DNA from: Octopus bimaculoides
Lineage: Eukaryota
Length of the DNA: 64,000 nt
Direction of reading: 5' to 3'
NCBI RefSeq assembly: GCF_001194135.2
Contig: NC_069003.1
Location: 36,562,548 to 36,626,547 of the forward strand
The notes below the pieces were generated by a model. The model was not told the DNA's origin. It saw only the letters and a program-made list of their open reading frames with translations, and did not search any database. The position numbers were made by a program, and so were the translations under genes. Positions 1 to 11,535 of this stretch are shown piece after piece. The stretch's first letter is position 1; the number at the start of each line of letters is the position of its first letter.

Positions 1-28
1 ATATATATATATGTTTATATAATTACTG

Positions 29-363
29 TCATATATAAATAGGTTTTGAAATTTCTACATAACTCCTGCTGCCTGATGTTTGCTTTGTAGCGATGTCAGG
101 ATTCTGACTGACAGCAACATGATATGGAGGGGGGGGTTCATTGAATTCACGAGACATTGTGGATAATGGTGTAGCGTTGGATATTTCACTGGCAAGTTCA
201 GGCTCCGATCTCCAGTGGATATTAAGTTTCGGAAATTTCCATGTTATGGTTAATCCAACAAAGAAAAGTAAAGCTCCGGTCAAACATAACCAGGTGGCCC
301 AGAGTAAACGAGAATATTTCGCTTTGAAAATAACTATTGTAATTCCACAGATTGTTGTCATAC
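29..363 (-). CDS. Terminal exon (end of TM3, TM4, cytoplasmic tail with PPPPY) of claudin-like gene
   Basis: Acceptor tttttatttctactttcag at 364-365; (G)MTTICGITIVIFKAKYSRLLWATWLCLTGALLFFVGLTITWKFP...EPPPPYHVAV...KPIYI then TGA at 31-29. The LLWATWLCLTGALLFFVG segment resembles the claudin-superfamily ECL2/TM4 pattern. Confidence 0.85.
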
Positions 364-427
364 CTGAAAGTAGAAATAAAAGGTATGAACAAATCATTTA
401 CATCACGTATATATATATATATATACA

Positions 428-650
428 CACCGGAGTAAGCACATAAATGTGCAACAAGGTGGAAAAAAGAGTACTCAAATACCAGAGGTAGAGTAATATG
501 CTTTATTTAAAAGCAGCAGAAATATAACAAAAGACTGTTACTTGGAGTTTCACGTTACCGTTCATCTAACAAACTGTCTGATGAACGGGAACGTGAAACT
601 CCGAGTAACAGTTTTTGTTATATTTCTGCTGCTTTTAAATAAAGCATATA
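428..650. mobile_element. Penelope-like element terminus in inverted (hairpin) arrangement
   Basis: Inverted arms 496-566 and 580-649 differ at 3 positions; each carries AATAAA and hammerhead-core sequence; the element abuts a (TA)n tract at ~408-425. Minimal hammerheads and inverted termini are known Penelope-like features. No RT ORF is present. Confidence 0.6.
571..614 (+). ncRNA. Minimal type I hammerhead ribozyme motif
   Basis: Stem I AAACTGT(571-577)/ACAGTTT(608-614); core CTGATGA(578-584); stem II ACG-GGAA-CGT; GAAA(595-598); short stem III CT-CCG-AG; cleavage triplet GTA (605-607). Confidence 0.8.
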
Positions 651-1476
651 TAGTTTGGTAAAGCAGCAATGTATGCATGTAGGTAAGTAGATATAGAGGT
701 AGATAGATATAGTGATGAAATAAGTTCGTAGATTTGGACAAACAGAATCATAAAAAGCAAATGAAGAGAAATTTATGAAAAATTGCTAAAAATACAAAAA
801 TTTATGAAGAAAACTAAAAAAGATTGTAGAAAAAAGCAGGACAAGAATCATAAATATATTGTGAAGGAATTGTGGAAGAAAGAGAGGGAAAGGGGGAAAA
901 TTAAGGGATTACAGAGTCATTATGAAGACAGAAAATTGTAAATTTATTGCAAAAAGAAAAAAAAAAGAGGTTACCAAGTTGTTATCTCAAGTCCTGCTAA
1001 ATAGTTACCTGCTTGTAACTACTTGTATGTGTGGACATAAGCATAGGTGTATGCATGTAGGTAGGTAGATATAGAGGTAGATAGGTATACTGATGAAAGG
1101 GTGGGATAGATGAATTAAGCTGGTAGATATGGACAGACAGACAAACGGACAGATATATAGATTTGTACGGACACACAGACAGACAGGTACATAGATGAAT
1201 AGGCAGACAAGACAGTTAAATAATTGGATAAGTATGTAATTAAATGAATCCAGATAGGTACGTAGATAGCTGGGCACAGATAGATTGTAAATTAAGTAAT
1301 TAAGTTAAATTAACAAATAACTGTAGACTGAGTGCTGTTGCAGCTGTACAAGTTGTTATTGTTTAATTGTGTTGTTTATGTTTAATAACATTGGTCAACG
1401 TGGACACATTGAAATATAAATGTGTGTGTGTGTGTGCACGCATGCATGTGTGCAAATATATATATATATATAAAAG

Positions 1477-1771
1477 AAAACAGGAAGTTGGAAAAACTCT
1501 TTAATATATTTATTCACCATTACACATGTTTCGTTTGCTAATAGGAATTACAAAGTCTTACATTTTGGGTAAACATGTGAGGAATTTCTTATGAGAGATT
1601 TTTTAGACAGATAATTAAATAACATCATTTAATTAAATATTATTTAATTTTCTGTCTAAAAAATCTTTAATACAGTTATCAAATATGTAAAACTTTGTAA
1701 CTCCTATTAGTAAACAAAACATGTGTAATGGTGAATAAATAATACCAAAAGTGTTTCCAACTTCCTGTTTT
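1477..1771. repeat. ~295-bp imperfect palindrome next to (TA)n
   Basis: Outer arms aaaacaggaagttggaaa...ttattcaccattacacatgttt... and their reverse complement; inner arms agattttttagacagataattaaataa / ttatttaattttctgtctaaaaaatct. Confidence 0.85.
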
Positions 1772-1831
1772 GTTATATAACTCTGCAAACAATATTTCCA
1801 GAATTTTCAACTCTAATATGTACCTCAATCA

Positions 1832-1873
<42 letters not shown>

Positions 1874-2144
1874 TCTAAACACCAACCTTTACCAGTTTCC
1901 TAGCAAGGTGATATCCCCCCTCTTGTCAGACATGTTTCACAGAAGACAGAAACAAACAAACAACAACTGCATGTATGATGGCAACACTTCTTTACAACTA
2001 TTGTGTGATGTCAAGGCAAGGAAGCACTAACACACACACACACACAAAAGCTTATTTCAGTTTCTGTGTACTAAATCCACACCGAACAAAATATGAGTTC
2101 CTGTTTGCTACAAACAAATGGTGAGATAAAATATAATTCATGCA

Positions 2145-2590
2145 ATCATCATCACCACCGCCACCACCATCATCATCACATCCTTCTCCTTATCATTTTA
2201 TCCTCCAGTTTTCCTGATGGGATTGACTCTACTGCATGTTACCCTTCATTTTGATCATTTGACATTTTATCCTCGTCTAATCTTCTCAATATTTCTTCCC
2301 ATGACTTCCTTAATGTTGTTTTGTCATGGCTGCCTAACACCATCAGCAATCAACAACACCCGTCTACCCATCACCCCCCCTCCTTCATTCTAACCACTTG
2401 TCCACACTTTCGCTGTCGCCTTTCTCTTTATATAAAGCCTGACATCTTTAATGTCGATGACCACATTTGTCCACTCATGCTCCATAAATGACACATACTT
2501 GCCTCATTTATCTCTCCAGTCCTCTTAGATCTTAACACATTCAATATTTATGACTCACTGTCAACCTGCAACAACACCACATCCTTTATA
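2145..2590 (-). mobile_element. Decayed RTE LINE 3' end with (GAT)n tail
   Basis: GQVVRM-like and KTW-E-I-like remnants on the minus strand, ending in a CAT/CAC triplet tract at ~2145-2180. Confidence 0.5.
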
Positions 2591-2999
2591 GTTTTGTTCT
2601 TGTTCAAATAATGAAGTCCTTTGTTAATAACAAAAATAACAACTCTCTGATCTTCCACATTTTTCTTAGGCTACAACAACAACAAAACATTCCGTGGAGT
2701 TGAAAGAACACTTTTGTGAAATCAGCACATTGGAAACATCGAGTGCGGCTGCATAAAGATGTCATATGGTAGAGATGGGATGTACAATAGAATAATCTTT
2801 TGGCAATAGGTGTAGGAAAGATACAATAACTTAAACAATAAAAAGTAATAAAACTATACAAACAAGCATAATAATTGAAGAAGCATTTTTATACAAGAGC
2901 CCAGAGATTGTATGTGTGTTCTACATATTTCATGCTATATAGGACACATACTGCTTGACATCATTTTAATATTTACCATTGAGTCAAATATTAAGCAGA

Positions 3000-3210
3000 C
3001 AGCAAGCTGGCAGAATGGTTAGCATGCTGAGTAAAATGCTTAGAGACATTTTGTCTGTCCTTATGTTCCGAGTTCAAAATCTGCTGAGGTTGAGCTTGCC
3101 ATATCATTGTTTCAGGGTCGATAAAATAAATACCAGTCATGCACTGGGGTCAATGTAATCAACTTAGTCCCTCCCAACAAATTGCTAGCCTCGTACCACA
3201 ATATGAAACC
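3000..3210 (+). mobile_element. SINE family B (core like ctttgcctttcatcctttcggggtcgataaa..gtaccag)
   Basis: gagctggcagaa head, gagttcaaa B-box-like segment and conserved core. From memory the core resembles the Meta-SINE domain; unverified. Confidence 0.75.
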
Positions 3211-3294
3211 CTGGTTTACCATTAACTCTTGAAACTGGTCATGTCTGGCCGTAATATCCTCCTTGATCTACTTGTCAAGCAGTGGTAGAGGATA

Positions 3295-3462
3295 AGCACA
3301 GACAGACAGACACACATACAACGGGCTTCTTTCAGTTTCCGTCTACCAAATCCACTCACAAGGCTTTGGTTGGGCCAAGGCTATAGTAGAAGACACTCAC
3401 TCAAGGTGCCACGCAGTGGGACTGAACTCAGAACCATGTGATTGGGAAGCAAACTTCTTATC
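3295..3462 (-). mobile_element. SINE family A, 5' part
   Basis: gggcttctttcagtttccgtctaccaaatccactcacaaggctttgg...gtgccacgcagtgggactgaac. Confidence 0.85.
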
Positions 3463-4169
3463 GTCTATCGCCTTCGTCTACATAGAAATGAACAATTTTG
3501 AGTACACTTTTTAGCTTGAAATTTATATTTCTTTTTCAAATAATTCAGAATATAATTTGGTATCTTATGAGTTTGCTCATCTGATGATTGATACAGCTAT
3601 TAAAAATCATGGAACCATTTTCAGAAAAACAAATTATACATAGAAATTAAATCCAAGACAGATAAATATAATGCTTGATCAGATTAGAAGAAGAAACACT
3701 GATATTTATTGATTTCCAACATAGATTGTTATTTTCCCACAAGCAATCATGTTATAATTGTTTGCAACTAATTTTGATTTCTTTGCTCTCGTCTGTTAAA
3801 AAGACTATGTTCGTTACAGTAATTGCAGGACTTAATTAAAGATTAAACTATCAAGAAAAAAAAAAGTTATTTTGCTTGGTCACAGATTAAAGTGCAACTG
3901 ATCCCGTTTTTGTTATAAATTAAAAATGCAAATCTTTCATTCATTTTTACATCTGATTTTCTATGCTGGCATGGGTTAGACGACTATATTATTAAGACAT
4001 AGTTTTACAACTGGATGCTTTTCCTGTCATTAGCCCTTAGCTCTTTGTAGAGTAAGGGATATCTTATTCCACACATCTTTGAAGGTTCAAAACTAAGGGA
4101 CACCCACTGACAGAGAAATGACAACAACATCATCATTTTAGTTTGTGATTTGGGGAGGAGAGTAAACAC

Positions 4170-4325
4170 ACACACACAACAGGCTTATTTCAGTTTTCAA
4201 TCACTGAATCAACTCATAAGGTTTTGGCCAGCCCAGGACTTCACAGTAGGAGCTGGCACAAAGTGGGATTGAACCTGAAACCACATGGTTGGGAAGCAAA
4301 CTTCTTAATCACACAACCATATCTG
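4170..4325 (-). mobile_element. SINE family A, 5' part
   Basis: Diverged copy with the same motifs. Confidence 0.7.
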
Positions 4326-7300
4326 CATCTCACAATCCTAGAGAATATGAAGAGTTGAAAGCACATTGAAAATATTAAATTAAGTCAACATAATTCAGTT
4401 TCCTGAGATTGCTTTTAGACTTCCAGTGTTTAAAGACATTCCACCAAACCCATACAACAAAACCAGGAAATCTATTCTATTAACATGGTGACTTAATTAC
4501 TAGAAATGGTAATTAGTTGCAACTGGAAGTAGAGACAGTGGCAGTAGTGTGGTTGAGTTGGGTTTACCAGTTATGGTGAATAGTTCTGAGAAGTTTGGCA
4601 ATTCCTTATATTCAGGCTGGCTAAATAATACACTGTTAAAGTTGGCGACAAATTAAGGCTTCACAAGAAGATTAATTTAAACTGATTTGTAGAGAGCATG
4701 GATAATTAGGTATAACGAGGTGTGTAAATGAGGACTGTATAAATAAATGCTGTAGGTTAATGAACTAATGAGTAATTAGAGCAGAGCAGACAGATAGACA
4801 GAGAGGATAAAGATAAAATAAGGCAAAACCTAAGAAAACTCGTAAATAAAGAACATTTGACAGTCGGCAGCGAAGGTAAAGAAATGAGAAAACCTCTTCA
4901 AAATGTAATCAATATTGAAGACGAGAAGTAAGAGATAAAAATTACTCATTCTCATTTGATATCCTAAAATGACTGATAAGATTTAATAACTGAAAATGTT
5001 TGTGAACTTTTAAACATTTTGATTTTACTCATAAAGTTTACCATTGGTGGCCCAAGGTGGTTATAGAGGTGATAAGAATAGCAAAATCAACCCCAGGAAG
5101 GAATTTATTTCCCCTTATAACTTTTGAATACAACAGTAAGTAAAATGCGATGAAGTTTTTTTGCGCCAACATAAAAGAATGTGAATTATATTTAGAAGAT
5201 GAAAGTTATGATTAAGTCTTTGTTGAAGGTATTAATGGCAAGAGTAAGGAAGTGAAAAAGGTTTAACGAAGGATTAAAAACTATGCCCTAAAAACCAGTT
5301 TGCTCAGAACCTGCAGCCATTTTGAGCGAAATAAAGCAGTAACGCATATATTACTTAACAGGAAAGGAATTTATAATCCAATCTTTACAAATAAAAAGAA
5401 AAGGTGTTTTGATGTTTAGGGACATCTGAATGCTTCTTTTAAAATGCAGTTAAACTTAACAGTAAAACGAAATCATTATTGGGACTATCGTATTAGTAAA
5501 TGACTTACAAATATGGAAGATAACTCTTGTTATCCTATTTGAATCATATAAATAGTTTTACAGTTGTATTTTCTGTCAATGACATTGGCCCTCCAATCAT
5601 TGTTACACCTATTATTTTTAACCCATTCTCATTTTAATTCTGTCACATTCAAACATTCCTTCCCTGTTTGCTGCTGGAAGTCAAACATGAAAGATAAACA
5701 CCTCATCCTTCCACACAATTTCATTTTACTTCATTCACTCTCAGTTTAACAGACAACATTTTACTTCTGCAATACTCCTTAGTATGACAGCAAATAGATC
5801 TAATTATTATATGGGAATAGTTACTAAAGACTGGACTGACTCATGCCACTTTCCTGGTCATTCCTTTTTTAGGTGTAGCTGAGCCTCACAATGCAAAAGT
5901 GTACATATTTCTGCTCTAATATGAAGATGTTGCAAATGAGTCAACTGTCTTTTGACCTACCAAAGAAATAAGATTAGTGCAGCTGATTCTTCCTTATTAC
6001 CATCACCGAAATGGGAAAAATAATGTTTTATGGAATTTAATCCAGACACTGGGGAAGAACTTGAAAAGCAGTGACTATTTCTAAAGTGGGATTAAGACAG
6101 AGTTATTATGGAGAAGTTAAAGAAAATACAGCTTAATGAGATTATTAGTGATTGATAATCTCATTAAACTATATTCCATGTAAATGGTTTTCTGGTTAGA
6201 AAACTAATTGAAATGATGAGTCACATATTGCATATATGAAGGATAAAATGTTATATTAAACGAATTTGGCAAAGGAATAAATGATGTTCATAACGGTAAA
6301 GAAGTCAACTTTTTTAATTTGAAATGGCTTACTAATTATATAAATTAATGTTGAAAAAAAAAAAAAAAACACGAAGTAAAGAAGAAGGTGCCAGTTGTCT
6401 GAGGGTAAAGAGTACAGAAACGAGAAAGGAAATTAAAAGTAAAAGAGTGAATGAACAACCCTGATAATCTGGTACGCTTGGGATCCGGGGAGGGCTACAT
6501 TTTCAAACATACCAGCGTATTGGGACTTAGGCTTAAATAAACAAAAACAACAGAATCAGATTTTTTTTAATCAGGTCATCAAAAATGTAATTCTATTTTT
6601 AGCAGCTTCAATATCTACAAAGTTCCTTTTCATCTGTAAATTATGTTTATAAATGTTGTATATTAAGGTTTCTAAACCATCCTACAACAAATAACGAGTC
6701 TCAGCAATATCCATGTCTTTGTGTAATTACTTGACATTTTCAATGATTGTTGGTCCTGAAACTGACATACCTTTCGATCACTTTGCACTAAACTTAAATA
6801 ACACTGCACTTACTTCCAAAAGTTTTGGTTGTTTTTTAAAGCATGTCACACATCATCACCTTTATTTGTCTCTGAATCAGATATCAACAGGTCTTTTGCC
6901 TTTTAATGTCACAAATCTGATGCGACTCTACATGATATTCACACAAAATAGCATTCTGGTTTTCACCTAGTTTTGAATACTATATTATTTCAGTTTCCAA
7001 GTGCAATGTGAGAGCTACATGCTTTCTTTTCACATCTGCCTCCAAAATGGTTCTTCTTATTAAAATTGGAAGATATTTTTCACAAATGGATAATGATATA
7101 ATATAAATACACAAAGGAAGGGCTGCAGTGTTGCCACCATTCTTTTCAATTTGAATGCAAACAGGAACAGAGAGATACCAGCAGCAAGTGATGGTACTTA
7201 GGGACAAAAATGGAAACAAAGAAAACCTGAAGAGCATCGAAAAGCATAAGACTACTTCCATGCCAGATTCATGAAACTTTGCTGTATTCGTGTTTTGTTT

Positions 7301-7714
7301 GTAAACATTTCCAACACATTTAGCAAATATTAAGGGAAAAAGCAAGTTATGATGATACACATCTTGTAACTGCTGGAGATGAAAGTAGTCTTAAATAAAT
7401 ATGTTAAGAATCTTAACAAACAGAGATTTTTATGAAATTTCGCTGATATTTTCTCCCTAATCTTGTTATTGAAGTCAGTCAGTTCTAAACTTGGAGGAGT
7501 TTTTTTTTTTTTTAAGTGGGAGTGGTTCAAGATAAGCAAAGAGAAATTTCTCTTTCTCTAATAAATTTCTCACATCTAAATTAATTTATTGCTCATTTTC
7601 TAATAGAATGTAATTGATAAGAGACAAAAATGAAAAGGTGCAGCAAAAAAAATAGACAAGGATACAAGTTCAGAGATCACTCCTTGATGTCATAGCAACA
7701 GATAAAATATGCCT

Positions 7715-7915
7715 GGTTGAAAGGATTATTATTTCTAAAGATAGATTCTGATTCGTTATGTTCTGAGTTTCAAAATCCCATGGAGGTCAACTTTACCTGT
7801 TATCTTTTCAGGGTTGATAAAATAAAGTATCAGTCAAGGACAGGGATTAATATAATCAACTCCCACACCCGACCTCTTAAAATTGCCGGCCTTGTGCAAA
7901 AGTATGAAACTCTTA
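7715..7915 (+). mobile_element. SINE family B
   Basis: gaggtcaactttacctgttatcttttcagggttgataaaataaagtatcag. Confidence 0.7.
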
Positions 7916-8782
7916 TTTCTACAGTACATTCACTGCATATGAATCAAAAATCTGGATGTTAAACGATGATGATGATGATGATGTGTGAGAGACTGTATTT
8001 GGTTAGTTAGAACAAAAAACAAATAGGATATTATGGCTGGGTATGGCAGGTTTAAATGCTAAATTGTTAATTGCGATATTGAAGTGTATCTTTAGAAGTG
8101 TGTTTGTGATGGACAAGTATTCGACAACAACTGGATATTAAAGAAATTTATAAATTTATATAAACACAATTTGTGTGTGAGAGAGAGAGAGAGAGAGAAA
8201 GAGAGCAGGTGGGAGGGGAGTAGTGTAAGCAAAAAAAAAAAAATTCTAAAAGCTGTATGCTGCTAACAATGGTGCGACACTCCAGTAAGAAAGACCTACC
8301 CTACCACATCGACATCCTTTATTTCAAATATTCTGATTTCATTTACTAAAATGGATGCTTCAGTGTAGCAGAGTGTCTTCAATTTCTTTCTGTTTTTTTT
8401 TTAAAGAATACATCTAGATATTACAGTTTGAGAGATGAAAAAAGAAAAGAAAAGAAAAAAGCTGTTAATCTATTCTGCTGAAGTGAGGATTGAATATAAG
8501 GTTTCACAGAGAAAGGGTTATTAGAAAGTATTTTTGAATGTGAAACAAAAGTCTGGTCTACTAATAATAAACAATGTGAAATTAAACCACAGGCTATAAA
8601 TATAAATGATTGCTCACTGAATTGGTTAAGTAACCGTTTTTAAAGAGAAAAATCTCAAGTATTGTTGTGAGAGATAAATAAACAACAACAAAATAACAAA
8701 CAAAATTTTAAAAAACCCCACAAGAAAGTAAAATGAAAAAGCGAATTGCTGAACGTTGAGCTAGTTTTATATTGATGTTCAG

Positions 8783-9010
8783 ATTACAGGAGCTGGTGAA
8801 GAACTGCACAAAGAACTATCACTAAGAAATCATATTGATCTCAAATCTCTGTCATCTATTTTTAACAGTAAATATATTCCAGAGGAAATTACTTCGGCAA
8901 GAAACACACGAGAAGCTTTCAAACTCCACAAGCAATCTAGGCCTGGCAAAGATGTCTTGAAAGATGTTGATAAAAACTCGGAGATGTTCAGCTTGTTAAT
9001 TTCTCAATGA
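8783..9010 (+). CDS. Candidate antisense terminal exon inside intron 2 (unassigned)
   Basis: The open frame starts just after an in-frame TAG, with two frame-compatible AG acceptors (8782, 8789). 75 non-repetitive codons ITGAGEELHKELSLRNHIDLK...SEMFSLLISQ*. No upstream partner exon was found. Confidence 0.3.
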   Translation: MTGAGEELHKELSLRNHIDLKSLSSIFNSKYIPEEITSARNTREAFKLHKQSRPGKDVLKDVDKNSEMFSLLISQ

Positions 9011-9035
9011 ATATAAATTGAAACAATAACCATCA

Positions 9036-9094
9036 TTGCCGCTGCCACCACCACCACCACCACCATTATCACTACCATCACCAGTGCCGCTGCC

Positions 9095-9125
<31 letters not shown>

Positions 9126-9308
9126 GTACTACAACTACTACTAGAGCTACTACCGCCACCATCACTACTACTACTGCCACCGCCACCATTACTACTATTG
9201 CCATCACCACCACAACTATCCACCATAACCATCCACCACTACCACTACTACTGCTGCTGCTGCTACTACTACTACTACTACTACTACCACTACCACTACT
9301 ACTACTAC
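9036..9308. repeat. Compound (CAC)n/(TAC)n triplet microsatellite
   Basis: Direct reading; it explains the poly-P/Y/G/V ORFs. Confidence 0.95.
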
Positions 9309-9934
9309 TCAGTGTCTATACAGTACAGTATAGACTGCCAGAAAAATGTCTCATAACAGGTTCAGACCACAACTGTTTTGAGGTTGGAAACAGTCAAAGA
9401 GGTCCGCATCTGCACCAGACTTTAGACATTTTATTTTATTGACCCAGAAACTGAAGACAAATCTGACCTCAATGGGATTTAAGCTCAAATGGACGTAACC
9501 AAATAAAACAAGGCATTTTGCCATCTCTAGATCAGTGTATGCTTAGAGAAAGATGTGCTTAGAGCAGTGTGTGTTTAGTGTGGTGATGTATGATCAGAGT
9601 AGTGTGTGTGTGTTGAGAGAAGTATGTACCTAAAATTCATTGCATACATCACAGATTGTGTATAGAGAGAGAAAGCAAACAGTGACCTGAAATGCTTACA
9701 GTAGGAAGACAACTGCACACATTGTGCTTATATAAAATCAAACAACTAAATATAAAGAGAGATTTTTGCAAATGTTTTACTGGAAGTCAACATAATTCTG
9801 TTTATGTCTCACTGAATAAGTAATGGAAGTAATGGAACTAACATGGTAGTTTCACGGGAAATACTAAGTACATTAACAACATCAGGATACACTAAGGAGA
9901 GTAATAACAGAAGGATACACTAAGGACAGTAATA

Positions 9935-10128
9935 ATCCTTTCTACCAGAGGCACAAGGCCTGAAATTTTGAAGGGAGTGGGGTAAGTTGGTTACACTGAC
10001 CCCAGTGTTCAACTGGTACTTTTTTTATTGACCCTGAAAGGATGAAAGGAAAAGTTGATCATGATGGAATTTGAACTCAGAATGTAATGCCACTAAATTT
10101 TTGTCTGGTATGTCGACTCTGCCAGCTG
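9935..10128 (-). mobile_element. SINE family B
   Basis: ctggtactttttttattgaccctgaaaggatgaaagg...ggaatttgaactcagaa. Confidence 0.75.
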
Positions 10129-10129
10129 T

Positions 10130-10680
10130 CATGTCTCATGAATGAACCTTTTTTGGACCAAATAGTGACTGGTGACGAGAAATGGGTTCTCTATAAAATT
10201 GTGAAGCATCGAAGACAGTGGATAGGGAAAAGAGAAACACTGGCACTCCAGGCTTAAGTCAGCGCTAGAAGAAAAATGACCATCTTTGGTTTCAACATTA
10301 AAGGTGTTCTTTCATTAAGATAATCCTTGGCCACATTCCAAAGGTTGGAGCAGTTTGAATGGGAAACGATGCCCCACCCACCATATTCACTGGACATTGC
10401 CCCATCTGATTATCATTTATTCTGTAATCTTCAAAATCATTTGGATGGAAAAAGTATGAAATTCTGCCTTTAGACAGGCAGAACAGTACTGGAGGAATAT
10501 TTTTCATCACAGACAAGTGAATTTTGGAAGAGGGGCCTTGCAAGTCTACTAGATAGGTGGAAGAATGTTGTAGAAAATGAAGGAGAGTATATTTTAGATT
10601 AAAAAAGAAATCTGTTTATCTTAACTTTGAAAAATAAAAGAAATGTAAAAAAACTGCATTATTTATGGGATGACCCAATA
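10130..10680 (+). mobile_element. Mariner transposon fossil, 3' half with internal deletion
   Basis: Translates to NEPFLDQIVTGDEKWVLY and LEQFEWETMPHPPYSLDIAPSDYHLF...DRWKNVVENEGEYILD*. First and third catalytic D motifs are visible and the middle is missing. TIR-like end ttatttatgggatgacccaata. Confidence 0.88.
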
Positions 10681-11490
10681 CTAAGGATGGTAGTAACATA
10701 AGGATATAGTAAGGACAGTAATAATAGAAGGATATACTAAGTAATAATACTAATAACATGAAGATACGCTAAGAGCAGAAGGATGTACTGAATAATAATA
10801 GAAAGATAAACTAAGCAATAATATTAATAAGAGCAGAATATAAGAACAATTTCTAATATTTATGAAACATCCAATGGCAGTTTTCTGTAAACAAATCACT
10901 GGGGGATAAAACACGAGATAAAATACCGATATTGATGTTTATGAAATGAGTTTGAAGATCTACTCATGTTGAGATAATATCAATAAAGAAATCTCTAGCA
11001 GTAAATCCCACTTTATTTCCTTATTTCATCTTTTATTTGTGAATAAATTCACACATTCCATTTTAATGGCAACCGTTACTCATAATGTTATTCTAATAAG
11101 GAAGAATTATCCAAACAGGGAAAAGAAATTCTTCTCTTGTAATATTTTTTTACTTCATTAAATTCACTGATGATAGTAGACTAGTTCAGTTAATTGTAAT
11201 TTTAAATACATAAAATAATATTTGGCCATGATATGAAGAAAGTAGAAAGTGGAGTTGGAGGAGATAAGTAAAAACATTGAATTCAATAAAATATTTTTCA
11301 AAACTGATGTTGTTCCATAAAAGACATAAAAGAATGCTTGAAATATTTTCATTGGAGGATTTTCACCTCTTTTTGTATTACATTAATGCTAGTGAGAATG
11401 CTGATTAGCACAAATAACCCCCGGATTAGGGTAGCAGCAGCAGCTAAAGGGATTAGAGACTAAGGACAGTATTAATTAATTAATGAGGGT

Positions 11491-11535
<45 letters not shown>

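Noticed and set aside
141-446. 101-aa + strand ORF
   Set aside because: Antisense shadow of the real minus-strand exon, and it runs into (TA)n.
2604-2861. 85-aa Cys-rich minus ORF and a + strand acceptor at ~2669
   Set aside because: The Cys run comes from a (TGT)n tract, and the + strand frames all stop within 30 codons.
7225-7260. CTGAAGA-GCATC-GAAA hammerhead-like spacing
   Set aside because: Stem II would be one base pair and there is no stem I or III; chance match.
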